Position numbers and translations under genes: made by a program. From Candidatus Omnitrophota bacterium (lineage in GTDB: Bacteria > Omnitrophota > Gorgyraeia > Zapsychrales > Zapsychraceae), in NCBI GenBank assembly GCA_029261065.1, contig JAJDCB010000028.1:447-64446 (forward strand): 64,000 nt of DNA, read 5' to 3'. The notes under the pieces are model-generated. The model saw nothing but the letters and a program-made list of their open reading frames with translations, searched no databases and was not told the origin of the DNA. Each line of letters starts with the position of its first letter. The first letter of the stretch is position 1. Shown here one piece after another: positions 20,828 through 31,009 of the stretch.

Positions 20828-22144
20828 ATGGATGGTGAAATGAATTTAGATGCGAATGCACGTTATAAATCTCAGGCTATATCATATACTCAGGCTGTTG
20901 CGGAGATATTTTATGCCGTTTTGGAAAAAAAGTATCCATTGGATAAGGAGCTTAAGTCCTACTTCCGTCAGCATGGGGAATGTGGTTCGCGCGATCGGTA
21001 TGCAATTAGTGAAAGTTGTTTTAGTTTGTTTCGTTGGTTTGGGTGGCTTGATTCCCGTTTGCCCAAGGGGATGCCGGCAAAGCCGTTTGAATCACAAAAA
21101 TTTTGTCATGCGCTTGCGGCTGCTTTGTGGTTAGAAGGTCATAATGATCTTCCATTTTTTTCTTCTCTTATAGATCAGACCCGTATCGATGTATCTTTTA
21201 TGTCGTCGACTCCAAACGACATTCAAGGAAAGATAAAGGGGTTGGGCCATTTTTTTAAATTAAGAAAATTAGATGCTGCACAATTGATTCCAGAATGGTT
21301 CGTTCCAATTCTTCCAGACGGAACAGATGTAAATGCTTTAATTGACTCTTTGCAAAGACGTCCTCCTGTATGGATTCGTATTCAAAATAAATCGCATATA
21401 CGTGTGAAAAAAGAATTGGAAAAAAGAGAGGTGGTTTTTTTTGAACATCCTCATTGTTTAAATGCGATTCGAATTCAAGATACGAAATTTAGAGCGAATG
21501 AATTTCTGGGTTATCAATCAGGTGATTTTGAGATTCAAGATTTGGCTAGCCAATGTATTGGCTTGGTGTGCCAAGCAAAAACGGATCACGTTTGGTGGGA
21601 TGTTTGTGCTGGTGCGGGGGGAAAAAGTTTGATGTTAGCTGATGAGATGCAAGGTAAGGGGAGGTGTGTTGCAACGGATATTCGTGAAGATCTCCTAGAT
21701 AAACTTAAACCACGTGCTCGGCGTGGCAAATTTAAAAATATTAGTGTAAGCCCGATTGGGGATGTCTGTGCGAGTACGAATATGTTTGACGGAGTCCTAG
21801 TAGATGCCCCGTGTTCGTGTACGGGTATCTGGCGTCGAAATCCTGATCTTAAATGGACAACGAAGGTCGATGCTTGCATGAAAGCTACTCAAGCGCAATT
21901 AGATATTTGTGAGATGGCGTCGAAAAAGGTTAAAAAAGGTGGTGTGTTGGTATATGCCACGTGTAGTCTTAGTGTTGAGGAAAATGAAAATTGTGTGAGA
22001 GCTTTCTTAAAGAAGGAAAAAGATTTTCAATTAGAAGGCTTTGCCAATCCTCTGAATGGAAAACCTTGTGATGGACAGTGCCGAATTTCTTTTCAACCCT
22101 TTGATAATGATGGTATGTTTGTTGCGAGACTTAGAAAATCATGA
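20828..22144 (+). CDS. RsmB/NOP-family RNA m5C methyltransferase
   Basis: IQDLASQ, DVCAGAGGKS, VDAPCSCTG, YATCS motifs. Confidence 0.9.
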   Translation: MDGEMNLDANARYKSQAISYTQAVAEIFYAVLEKKYPLDKELKSYFRQHGECGSRDRYAISESCFSLFRWFGWLDSRLPKGMPAKPFESQKFCHALAAALWLEGHNDLPFFSSLIDQTRIDVSFMSSTPNDIQGKIKGLGHFFKLRKLDAAQLIPEWFVPILPDGTDVNALIDSLQRRPPVWIRIQNKSHIRVKKELEKREVVFFEHPHCLNAIRIQDTKFRANEFLGYQSGDFEIQDLASQCIGLVCQAKTDHVWWDVCAGAGGKSLMLADEMQGKGRCVATDIREDLLDKLKPRARRGKFKNISVSPIGDVCASTNMFDGVLVDAPCSCTGIWRRNPDLKWTTKVDACMKATQAQLDICEMASKKVKKGGVLVYATCSLSVEENENCVRAFLKKEKDFQLEGFANPLNGKPCDGQCRISFQPFDNDGMFVARLRKS

Positions 22145-23187
22145 GTCATTTAAGCACGCCTAAAGTTTCTATCCTTTTACCAAATTACAATACTCGCCCC
22201 TTTCTTCAATCAAGGATGGATTCTATTGTTAATCAAACTTATAAAAACTGGGAACTTATTATTGTTGATTGTCATTCGAATGATGGGGCATGGGAATTTT
22301 TTAAAAGTTTTGAAGGATCATCGTATGATATACAAATGAAGCAAATACCGAGGGAAGGCATTTATAAAACGATTAATGCGTGTTTGGCTTCAGCTTCGGG
22401 AGAATATATCTATATTGCAACAAGTGACGATACGATGCGAGAAGATTGTTTAGAGAAGATGGTTCTCGCCCTTGAAGATCATCAAGAGTGTGGACTTGCT
22501 CATTGCTGTTTGACGATTATTGACGAAGAGGGGCGCCCAAGTCGTATTGTTTGGGATAATTTTCTTCCCCAAAAGTTTCATAAAGAAACAATTTCAAAAA
22601 TGCATGTTCGTCAAGCGCCATGGGATGGTTTGTTGTATTTTGGGTTGGGTTCTATATATACCTCTTTAACACAACTTTTAATAAGACGGGATGTTTTTAA
22701 GAAAGTGGGTGAATTTAAGAGCGATTGGGGTTCGATCGGTGATGTGGAATGGTGTATGCGTGTAGCATTAAATTATAATACGCTTCATGTGCCTGAATAT
22801 TTAGCAACTTGGCGTAAGCACGACAAACAAGCCACACCAAAAAAGGTAGACACTTTAAAAAATTGCCAATTACGAGTCTCGATAGTTCAATCAGTTTTTG
22901 AAGATTGTAGAGATAATAATGTTGATTTATACAAAATGATCAAATCAGCTAATTTATTAGATTTTTACTTGTATGAATTATTCACAAAGCTTCTTGCTCA
23001 AAATTCATCAATTTTTAATAAGAGTTCTATTATCTTAAAATACGCCTTTTCTTATCCTCGGTTGCTTATAAGAAAAATAGTGGAAAAAATTAGATTTTTT
23101 ATGGGCGATAAAAACTACATGGGCCCGGATGATGTTTATAGAATAGAAGGGCTTGTGCAGAAACTTGGTTTCATAGCGAGTGATTAA
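22141..23187 (+). CDS. Glycosyltransferase family 2
   Basis: KVSILLPNYN, NQTYKNWELIIVD, SDD motif. Confidence 0.9.
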   Translation: MSHLSTPKVSILLPNYNTRPFLQSRMDSIVNQTYKNWELIIVDCHSNDGAWEFFKSFEGSSYDIQMKQIPREGIYKTINACLASASGEYIYIATSDDTMREDCLEKMVLALEDHQECGLAHCCLTIIDEEGRPSRIVWDNFLPQKFHKETISKMHVRQAPWDGLLYFGLGSIYTSLTQLLIRRDVFKKVGEFKSDWGSIGDVEWCMRVALNYNTLHVPEYLATWRKHDKQATPKKVDTLKNCQLRVSIVQSVFEDCRDNNVDLYKMIKSANLLDFYLYELFTKLLAQNSSIFNKSSIILKYAFSYPRLLIRKIVEKIRFFMGDKNYMGPDDVYRIEGLVQKLGFIASD

Positions 23188-23353
23188 TTCTTCGGTAACC
23201 TCCTTGGACTCCCCTTAGCAATTGCGGGATATCATTAGTAAAACTTTTGCTTTTTTCCTTCCTAAATAAGTTAGTGTTTTGTCTTGTTTATATCAAAGAA
23301 GTGGTTAGTTTCTCAAGCCTTGTTTAATCATTGATAAATGTTATGCTTTTTAT

Positions 23354-23803
23354 ATGAAACGGTGTCTATTTTTCACATGTTTGTTTTTTATTATATCTGT
23401 AAGTGTTTGCAACGCAGATATATATAGATATAAGGATGACAAGGGGACTGATTGGTTTGTTGATAATATTGATGCTGTGCCCCAACAGTATAGAGGCCAA
23501 CTCAAAGGGGTGATTAAGTCTGCAGCCTATGTTCCTCCTCAAAAATCAACAAGACGAAAGAACGCTGTTGGTCCAAGAAAAGTCGAGATTTTTGTTACAG
23601 AATCATGTCCTTACTGCACACAGCTTGAGGAGCATCTTAAGGCTGCCAAAGTTAAGTATAAGAAGTTAGACATTATAAAGAGTAAAGAAGCTGGTAAGGA
23701 GTACAAAAAGATTAAAGGACGCGGCGTTCCTATTTTACGATATGGTAAGAAAATTATTCGCGGTTATAACAAAGCCGAAATTGATAAGGTGTTAAAGATT
23801 TAG
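23354..23803 (+). CDS. Exported DUF4124 + glutaredoxin-like (CPYC) protein
   Basis: Signal peptide, ADIYRYKDDKG..FVD, CPYC, GVP motif. Confidence 0.8.
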   Translation: MKRCLFFTCLFFIISVSVCNADIYRYKDDKGTDWFVDNIDAVPQQYRGQLKGVIKSAAYVPPQKSTRRKNAVGPRKVEIFVTESCPYCTQLEEHLKAAKVKYKKLDIIKSKEAGKEYKKIKGRGVPILRYGKKIIRGYNKAEIDKVLKI

Positions 23804-24127
23804 ATAAAGGAGCTGATTGGGTTACTACGTGTCCTAATAGGATTTATAGTGCGATAATTTGCTTCTTTTACATTTTTTGAACCTACCCTTTGTGAAATAA
23901 TTTCTAAACAAATAGTACAGATATTGCAAATGTTTAAGTAGAATAAAAAGGATCTATTAAAATAAGGGTTAAGATATGAAGCGTTTTAAAAAAATATTTA
24001 CAAAGAAACCGGTATCAAGTAGGTATGGATTTCTGGGGCTTTGCTCTAGGGATGCATTGCACGTAAGTGCATATCCATTTATTACAAAAAGGAAAATTGC
24101 TTAAATATTTAAAAAGGGAATGATGGT

Positions 24128-25060
24128 ATGAGTTTAGCTCCAATAGTATTTTTGGTTTACAATCGTCTTTCGCATACGCAAAAGACATTTGAAGCGATTT
24201 TAAAAAATGAGCTGGCCCAAGACACAGAAGTTTTTATCTTTTGTGATGGTGCCAAGAATGAGGTAGATCAGCCTCGTGTTTTAGAGGTTAGAAATTTTGT
24301 GCGGGGGATTAAAGGATTTAAAAGTATCACAATTATTGATAGCGAAAAGAATAAGGGCTTGGCTAATTCTGTTATAAACGGTGTTTCTCAAGTGGTGAAA
24401 AAATTTGGAAAAGTGATTGTACTGGAAGATGATTTAGAAACTTCACAATATTTTTTGAAATATATGAATGATGCTTTAAATAAATATGAAACTGAGGAGC
24501 GAGTGATGCAAATCAGTGGCTACAATTATCCTATTGAAACAAAGGGTCTCAATGAAACGTTTTTTTACAGGCATGGCAGTTCTTGGGGGTGGGCGACGTG
24601 GGCTCGGGCGTGGCAACATTTTGAGCCGAATATTGATGTTTTGATCTCTAAATTCGATAAAAAAAGAAAGTTTAGATTCTGTATGGATGGGAGTAATCCT
24701 GAGTTTTGGAAATTAATGATACAACAGCAGCAAGTTAAGGTTGATTCCTGGGCGATCCGTTGGTGTGCAAGTTTTTTTATTGAAAATGGTTTGGTGTTAA
24801 GACCGCGGCAATCACTTGTTAGAAATATAGGTATGGATGGAACGGGAGTGCATTGCGGGGCGAGTACGATTTATGATGTTGAGCTGGCAAAAGGAGAGGT
24901 AGTCGAGTTTGAAGAGGTGATTGAAGAGTCAAAACTTGCTCATCAACACAACAAAAATTATTTTATTAAAATTTCATCATCTGGCCTTGTTAATCGAATG
25001 ATTAATCGCACTAAAAGAATGTTAGGCATTGTTGATGAGTTAAAAATATTTTCTAAATAG
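24128..25060 (+). CDS. GT-A fold glycosyltransferase
   Basis: APIVFLVYNR, NKGLANS, IVLEDD, SSWGWATW, NIGMDGTG. Confidence 0.85.
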   Translation: MSLAPIVFLVYNRLSHTQKTFEAILKNELAQDTEVFIFCDGAKNEVDQPRVLEVRNFVRGIKGFKSITIIDSEKNKGLANSVINGVSQVVKKFGKVIVLEDDLETSQYFLKYMNDALNKYETEERVMQISGYNYPIETKGLNETFFYRHGSSWGWATWARAWQHFEPNIDVLISKFDKKRKFRFCMDGSNPEFWKLMIQQQQVKVDSWAIRWCASFFIENGLVLRPRQSLVRNIGMDGTGVHCGASTIYDVELAKGEVVEFEEVIEESKLAHQHNKNYFIKISSSGLVNRMINRTKRMLGIVDELKIFSK

Positions 25061-25073
25061 GAATAAATAGGGT

Positions 25074-26234
25074 ATGAAAGTCCTTTACGATTATCAAACA
25101 TTTCAATTTCAGACCTTTGGCGGCATCTCACGCTATTTTGTGGAGTTGATGCGGTTATTAGAGTCGAATCATAAGTTGGACATTAATCTTCCACGTATTT
25201 ATTCAAAGAATAGTTACATCAAACAGCTTCATTTGCCTAAAGGTAATGTGTTAAGGGCTGTTGAGTATAAAGATTTTTTTCCCAATTCTGAATTTAAAGG
25301 GAAATGGAGTTTATTTTGTTTGCTTGAAAAGTGGGGGGTGCTTACTGATGGGAAATCTTATAATCAAGTGAGTTCGGCTGAGCGGATCAAGCTGCAGGAT
25401 TTTGATATCTTTCATCCTACCTATTATGAAACTTATTTCTTAGAACATATCGGATCAAAGCCTTTTGTTTTAACGGTGCATGACATGATTCATGAAGCGT
25501 TATGTGAGAGTGTTCCTACCTTTAATGTTCCTTTGATTCAACAAAAGAAAGAACTCATTGAGAGATGTTCTAAGATTATTGCTGTTTCGGAGTCAACCAA
25601 ACAAGCAATTATTAAAATGTATAATACCGAGGCTGATAAAATTAGGGTGGTGCATCATGGTAATTCGATGAATCCCGCTGATGGGTTGACTGTGACAATG
25701 AAGTTGCCACAAAAATATGTGCTTTACGTTGGTAGGCGAGATTTCTATAAAAATTTTGACTGCTTGATCCGTTCCTTGGCGCCTTTGTTGAAAAAAGATA
25801 AAGACTTTTATCTTATATGTGCGGGAGGTGCGCCCTTAAAGGACAATGAAGTTAAACAATTAAAAACATTCGATGTTGAAAATAAGGTTTTGTATTATGA
25901 TATTGATGATAACCGTTTAGTTCAATTGTATAGTCATGCACAAGCTTTTATTTTTCCCTCACTTTATGAAGGTTTTGGAATTCCGATTCTTGAAGCTTTT
26001 GCTTGTGGTTGCCCTGTTCTTCTTAATGATATAGCTGTTTTTCATGAGGTGGCGGAGGATGCTGCTATTTATTTTAAGGCTGATAACGAGGAGAGTACGC
26101 GTGAGGCTGTGTTAAATATCATAAATGATGATCAACTAAAATGCCGTCTTAAGAAAGATGGGGGTCGTCGTTTGGCATGTTTTTCTTGGGAGAAAACGGC
26201 AGAATCAACTTATGAGGTTTATAAAGAGTTATGA
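25074..26234 (+). CDS. Glycosyltransferase family 4 (MtfB-like)
   Basis: GGISRY, HPTYY, TVHDMI, YKNF, FPSLYEGFGIPILEAFACG. Confidence 0.92.
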   Translation: MKVLYDYQTFQFQTFGGISRYFVELMRLLESNHKLDINLPRIYSKNSYIKQLHLPKGNVLRAVEYKDFFPNSEFKGKWSLFCLLEKWGVLTDGKSYNQVSSAERIKLQDFDIFHPTYYETYFLEHIGSKPFVLTVHDMIHEALCESVPTFNVPLIQQKKELIERCSKIIAVSESTKQAIIKMYNTEADKIRVVHHGNSMNPADGLTVTMKLPQKYVLYVGRRDFYKNFDCLIRSLAPLLKKDKDFYLICAGGAPLKDNEVKQLKTFDVENKVLYYDIDDNRLVQLYSHAQAFIFPSLYEGFGIPILEAFACGCPVLLNDIAVFHEVAEDAAIYFKADNEESTREAVLNIINDDQLKCRLKKDGGRRLACFSWEKTAESTYEVYKEL

Positions 26235-27256
26235 GTTTATCCCCTTCACCAAAGGTTTCAATTCTATTACCAAATCTAAACGCACGTCCATTTCTAGAAG
26301 ATAGAATGGATTCTATTGTTAATCAAACTTACAAAAATTGGGAACTTATTATTGTTGATGGGTATTCGGATGATGGCTCTTGGAAATTTTTTCAAGAATT
26401 TAAAACTAAAAATTATGTAACTCACATGCAACAAAGCCCACGTGAAGGAATTTATAAGGCAATTAATAAATGCTTATCCTTATCTTCAGGAGAATACATT
26501 TATATTGCTACCAGTGATGATACGATGAGTGTTGATTGTTTGGAGAAGATGGTTGCAGCTCTTAAAGATCATAAAGAATGTGGTTTAGCACATTGTTGCC
26601 TAACGATAATAGATGAGCAGGGAAAGCCAAGTCCGATTGTGTGGGATTATTTTCCTACTCAGCAGTTTTATGGTGAGAAATTTCATACGAGCTATGTTCG
26701 AGAAGCTCCTATAGATGGTCTATTATATTTTGGGTTGGGATCCGTGTATACGTCTTTAACGCAACTTCTTATTAGAAAAAGTGTTTTTGATAATGTTGGT
26801 GTGTTTAAAAATGATTGGGGAGCGATAGGTGATGTTGAATGGTGTATGCGAGTATCATTAACTTGTGATGCGATTCATGTTCCCGAATATTTGGCGACTT
26901 GGCGTAAGCATGAGAAACAGGCGACTCCGCAGAAAGCAGATACTTTAAAAAGCTGCCAAGATCGCATTGCCATGGCTCATTCCGTGCTTGAGTTTATCAA
27001 ACAAAATAATAAAGAGGTTTATCGATTGATTCAAGCGAAGAAGTTGTTTGATTTCTATGAGTATGAAGAGTTTACTAAGCTTCTTGCTGAGGTGTCCTCG
27101 CCATTTCAAAAATTTTTACTGACTGCTAAAAATTGTTTTTTAAATCCTCGTTTGGTATTAAGGAAAATAGTAGAGAAGATTAGATTTGTTTTTGGTGATC
27201 AGAATTATATGGGGTTAGATAATGTCAGTAGGATGAAAAAGTTGATTTATAAGTAA
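26231..27256 (+). CDS. Glycosyltransferase family 2 (paralog of 22141..23187)
   Basis: Long identical stretches shared with 22141..23187 (RMDSIVNQTYKNWELIIVD, GEYIYIATSDDTM, IGDVEWCMRV, HVPEYLATWRKH). Confidence 0.9.
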   Translation: MSLSPSPKVSILLPNLNARPFLEDRMDSIVNQTYKNWELIIVDGYSDDGSWKFFQEFKTKNYVTHMQQSPREGIYKAINKCLSLSSGEYIYIATSDDTMSVDCLEKMVAALKDHKECGLAHCCLTIIDEQGKPSPIVWDYFPTQQFYGEKFHTSYVREAPIDGLLYFGLGSVYTSLTQLLIRKSVFDNVGVFKNDWGAIGDVEWCMRVSLTCDAIHVPEYLATWRKHEKQATPQKADTLKSCQDRIAMAHSVLEFIKQNNKEVYRLIQAKKLFDFYEYEEFTKLLAEVSSPFQKFLLTAKNCFLNPRLVLRKIVEKIRFVFGDQNYMGLDNVSRMKKLIYK

Positions 27257-27260
27257 TATT

Positions 27261-27704
27261 ATGAAATTAACAAAAAAAATATTATTTTTAAAAATTATTT
27301 TTATTTGTACAGGGGCTATTGCTTCGATGTTGAGTTTTCAATATTTACTTTCTTCAGTCTCTTCATTATTTGACGTCTCGTCAGGTGCTAGATCTTCGAA
27401 TGAAGAAGCTCTTGCAAATGCAATTTCTAAGGGAATAGTAACAGCTGTCCCATCTCTTTGCTTTTTGATGTGTTCTATTTGGCTTGGGAGTGGACATAAG
27501 TTTACCTTTTGGGGGATTAGAGCTCAATATAATCCGTTGATTTTATCTGTGAGTGTAGCTATTATTGGAACATATCTTTATTTTTCTAATCCATCCCTTA
27601 CAGATGTTGCTATAGCTGCTATTGGAGGTGGAATTCTTGGGAGTATGGTTTGTAGTTTTTTTGTTTTAATCGATCTTACGTTATATCGAAAGGAAAATGG
27701 ATAG
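27261..27704 (+). CDS. Hypothetical membrane protein (~4 TM)
   Basis: Hydrophobic segments; tight packing after the GT gene. Confidence 0.55.
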   Translation: MKLTKKILFLKIIFICTGAIASMLSFQYLLSSVSSLFDVSSGARSSNEEALANAISKGIVTAVPSLCFLMCSIWLGSGHKFTFWGIRAQYNPLILSVSVAIIGTYLYFSNPSLTDVAIAAIGGGILGSMVCSFFVLIDLTLYRKENG

Positions 27705-27737
27705 AAATGTATTTTTTGTTCATAATGATTGTAGCGT

Positions 27738-29081
27738 ATGCCAACGAATGAATACAATTTTGACGGTCTTATAGGCCCAACGCATAATTTTGCAGGTCTT
27801 GGTGTAGGGAATGTTGCCTCGCAGAGTAATAAACATGCGACATCTAATCCTCGAGAGGCAGCATTGCAAGGCTTAAGAAAGATGCGCCTTCTTTATGATA
27901 TGGGGATTAAACAAGCGATTATCCCGCCGCATGAACGACCCCTTATGGAAGCCCTTTGGGCGCATGATTATAGAGGTAGTGAGAAATCGATATTAGAGAA
28001 AGTCAGTCGTGATAACTATAATTTGTTGTTATCTATCTCAAGCGCCTCAGCCATGTGGAGTGCGAATGCTGCTACCATATCTCCTTCCATGGATTGTCAT
28101 AATCATCGCCTTAACTTTACACCTGCCAATCTTTTATCACAGTCTCACCGTGCTATGGAAACCAAACAAACCACCATTTTTTTACAAACAATTTTTTCGG
28201 AATTAGGCTGTTTTACCTTTCATCCAGCCCTTCCGGATGATGGTCGTCTTTTTGATGAAGGCGCTGCTAATCATATGAGGTTGGCTTCCAGTCATGCCGA
28301 TAAGGGGATTGAAATCTTTGTTTATGGACGGTCTATCAAGGAAGAGGCTCCTCAACCTTCTGTGTATCCCGCTCGTCAAAGTTTTGAAGCCAGTGACATT
28401 ATAGCGAAAACACATCTTCTTGATGCTGAGTTAACGATAACCGTTCAACAAAATCCTAAAGCCATTGATAAAGGCGTTTTTCACAATGATGTTATTGCCG
28501 TTAGCAATGAAAATGTTTTGTTTTATCATGAGTTGGCGTTTGTTGATACTAAAGCCTTTATAGAGGAGTTAAAGAAGAAGTATAAGTTGGTGTCTGATCA
28601 GCCGTTACATCTTATCGAAATAAAGAGTTCGGATTTATCGCTTGATGAGGTGGTGGCGTCTTATATTTTTAATAGTCAGATTGTGACTTACGCGAAAGGG
28701 GAAATGGCGATTGTAGCACCCGAACGTTGTCAGGAGAAAAAGATCAAAAATATATTACATGACATTTTGCAAGCTGATAATCCAATTAAAAAAATATATT
28801 ATGTGCCCTTGAATGAAAGTATGCGCAACGGAGGGGGACCTGCGTGTTTGCGTTTGCGTGCCGTTTTAACAGAGAATGAATCCGGTTTTTTGCATAAAGG
28901 TTTTCTATTAGATAAGAAAAAGTTCGGTCTTATTGAAAGCTGGATTAATAAACGTTACCGAGATCATCTGCATGTGGATGATTTAAAAGATTATGAGCTT
29001 TTTAAAGAATCTCGACAAGCCTTAGATGAATTAACACAGATTTTAAACATAGGGAGTGTGTATGCGTTTCAGAAAACTTAG
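27738..29081 (+). CDS. astB: N-succinylarginine dihydrolase
   Basis: EYNFDGLIGPTHNFAGL, SNPREAALQGL, DEGAANH, GVFHNDVIAV, SMRNGGGPACLRLR. Confidence 0.95.
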   Translation: MPTNEYNFDGLIGPTHNFAGLGVGNVASQSNKHATSNPREAALQGLRKMRLLYDMGIKQAIIPPHERPLMEALWAHDYRGSEKSILEKVSRDNYNLLLSISSASAMWSANAATISPSMDCHNHRLNFTPANLLSQSHRAMETKQTTIFLQTIFSELGCFTFHPALPDDGRLFDEGAANHMRLASSHADKGIEIFVYGRSIKEEAPQPSVYPARQSFEASDIIAKTHLLDAELTITVQQNPKAIDKGVFHNDVIAVSNENVLFYHELAFVDTKAFIEELKKKYKLVSDQPLHLIEIKSSDLSLDEVVASYIFNSQIVTYAKGEMAIVAPERCQEKKIKNILHDILQADNPIKKIYYVPLNESMRNGGGPACLRLRAVLTENESGFLHKGFLLDKKKFGLIESWINKRYRDHLHVDDLKDYELFKESRQALDELTQILNIGSVYAFQKT

Positions 29082-29604
29082 AAGATGTTTTTTCTGTGTG
29101 ATTTTGAGTGTTTTGATTATCAATATTTCAATGGTTCAAGCCAATGAAGAAAAAGCCCAGGGATTGGTTGAGGAGAATACGTTTGTTCCCTGTCAGGTTA
29201 AGAAATTTGGTATGAAGTTCTCTTGCAATCCATATTGGCCTATGCAGGAGCAACAAGGTGGTGTTGCCTTTGTGATGGATATTGATCCATATGCCGTGTT
29301 AACATTCTCACGCATAAGATCGGATCTTCGTTTTGTTAGTCAGATCACAAAAGAATATTTAGCTAAACAAAATCTCTACAAAGATGGTTTCCGCATGCGT
29401 CATACCACTTTTGCCGGCATAAAAGCCATTGAAGTCAAAGGCTTCTCCAAAGTCGATAAGGGCGCCCAAATGCTTGATTATTACATCATAAAAAACAACC
29501 AGCTTATCGGTGTTTTTTTCTCTGTCGCTGATCAAACAAAATGGGGGGATTACCGGTTTTTGTTTAAGAAGGTGGGGGAGAGTTTTGAGTTGATCGAAAT
29601 TTAA
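29056..29604 (+). CDS. Hypothetical exported protein (possibly PsbP/Mog1-like fold)
   Basis: Signal peptide; C-terminal F..V.ESF pattern; start uncertain. Confidence 0.55.
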   Translation: MCMRFRKLRRCFFCVILSVLIINISMVQANEEKAQGLVEENTFVPCQVKKFGMKFSCNPYWPMQEQQGGVAFVMDIDPYAVLTFSRIRSDLRFVSQITKEYLAKQNLYKDGFRMRHTTFAGIKAIEVKGFSKVDKGAQMLDYYIIKNNQLIGVFFSVADQTKWGDYRFLFKKVGESFELIEI

Positions 29605-29677
29605 CACTATTTTGGTAAGTTAGTATTTGATGGTATAATTGATTTAATTTAGTAGAGGTCTTTAGGAGTATGAGATT

Positions 29678-30217
29678 ATGAATAAACAATCTGTTTTTCA
29701 TTTGATATCAGATATAACAAAAAAAGAAGGCGTTTCTTGTGTCCTCATTGGTGGTTTTGCTGTTAATTATCATAAAGTGACAAGACAAACGGCAGATGTA
29801 GATTTTTTAATGACGAAGGGTGATTTTGATAAAGTTTTTGAGTCTTTAAAAGAGGCTGGGTATAAAAACATCTCTAATCAGGAAAATTTTGAACAACTTG
29901 AAAGTTCTCAAATTTCATTGATGAATGTGGATTTTGTTCTTGTTGAAGATGAAACTTTAAGAGAAATTCTTGAAAGCAGTCATAAAATGAAGATTGTGAA
30001 ACAGGAATTTTTTGTTCCGTGCTTAGAACATTTAATCGCGTTAAAGTTACATGCTATTAAGTCGAATCCGAAGGTTCGATTAACGAGAGACTTGCCAGAC
30101 ATCATTAATTTGGTCAAAATAAACAAAGTTGCCTTTAAAGATAATGAATTTAAAGCATTATGTTTAAAATATTCAAGCAAAGAAATTTACGACAAAATAT
30201 TGGAGGCGTTGGTATGA
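29678..30217 (+). CDS. Nucleotidyltransferase-superfamily protein (AbiEii/DUF6036-like)
   Basis: LIGGFAVNYH...RQTADVD, LEHLIALKLHA, RDLPD; GGAG RBS and TATAAT upstream. Confidence 0.8.
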   Translation: MNKQSVFHLISDITKKEGVSCVLIGGFAVNYHKVTRQTADVDFLMTKGDFDKVFESLKEAGYKNISNQENFEQLESSQISLMNVDFVLVEDETLREILESSHKMKIVKQEFFVPCLEHLIALKLHAIKSNPKVRLTRDLPDIINLVKINKVAFKDNEFKALCLKYSSKEIYDKILEALV

Positions 30218-30387
30218 AAAAACTTAAACTTCCCATTATTAAAGGTGAACCCGCAGCAAAAAAAATCCTCACTATGGATGAATATTTAACCTTCGTTGAA
30301 TTTAATCTCAAACATAATTTTAATAAGAAAGCCTATTTAGAATGGAAGAAGATGTCCATTGTGGATGTGCCGTTTGTGATTAAATGA
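30214..30387 (+). CDS. Small hypothetical protein (57 aa) translationally coupled to the NTase
   Basis: GGAGG RBS; ATG 30214 overlaps the NTase TGA (ATGA); MKKLKLPIIKGEP... Confidence 0.7.
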   Translation: MKKLKLPIIKGEPAAKKILTMDEYLTFVEFNLKHNFNKKAYLEWKKMSIVDVPFVIK

Positions 30388-30408
30388 TAGTTTCTTTAGT
30401 ATTAAGGA

Positions 30409-30993
30409 GTGAAAATGAGTCAAATATCGCATAAAAAATGGTTTATTAGTTTTTTCTTGTTTGGCAACATATTTTTTATTGCCGTATCTTTCTTTTCACC
30501 GGAAGCTTCAATAATAACAGCTACTAATGCTTTTTATATCTCGATAATAATACTTATTGCTTTAGTAATTATTGCAATTGTAAATAAAGTATTGAAACGT
30601 CAAAATAATAATACTGTTTTAATTCGATATTCCCTTATGTTGATACTTTGTGTAACATTTCTTTTTACATCATTTTTTATTAGTCCATACACGAAATCTA
30701 TGGATATTAGGAAAAAGAAGAATCAGTTGCCGCAGCTTATAGAAAATTTAAACCATGAAAATGTTAGAGTGCGTTGGAAAGCGGCTTTTAATTTAGAAAA
30801 GCTTGGTCCTGAGGCGAAAGATGCTGTGCCCGCTCTTATCAATGCCTTAAGAGATAAAGAATTAACGGTTCGTAGTCGAGCTGAAAAAGCTCTTATTAGA
30901 GTAGGAGAGAGTGCTAGGCCTGAACTAATGAAGGTTCTCAAAAGTCAAGATGACTCTATTAAGCACGAAGTGAATTATGTGCTAAAAAATTGA
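30409..30993 (+). CDS. Membrane protein with HEAT repeats
   Basis: 3 TM helices followed by VRWKAAFNL..LGPEAKDAVPALINALRD..VR. Confidence 0.75.
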   Translation: MKMSQISHKKWFISFFLFGNIFFIAVSFFSPEASIITATNAFYISIIILIALVIIAIVNKVLKRQNNNTVLIRYSLMLILCVTFLFTSFFISPYTKSMDIRKKKNQLPQLIENLNHENVRVRWKAAFNLEKLGPEAKDAVPALINALRDKELTVRSRAEKALIRVGESARPELMKVLKSQDDSIKHEVNYVLKN

Positions 30994-31009
30994 AGAAAAG
31001 TTAGAATGA

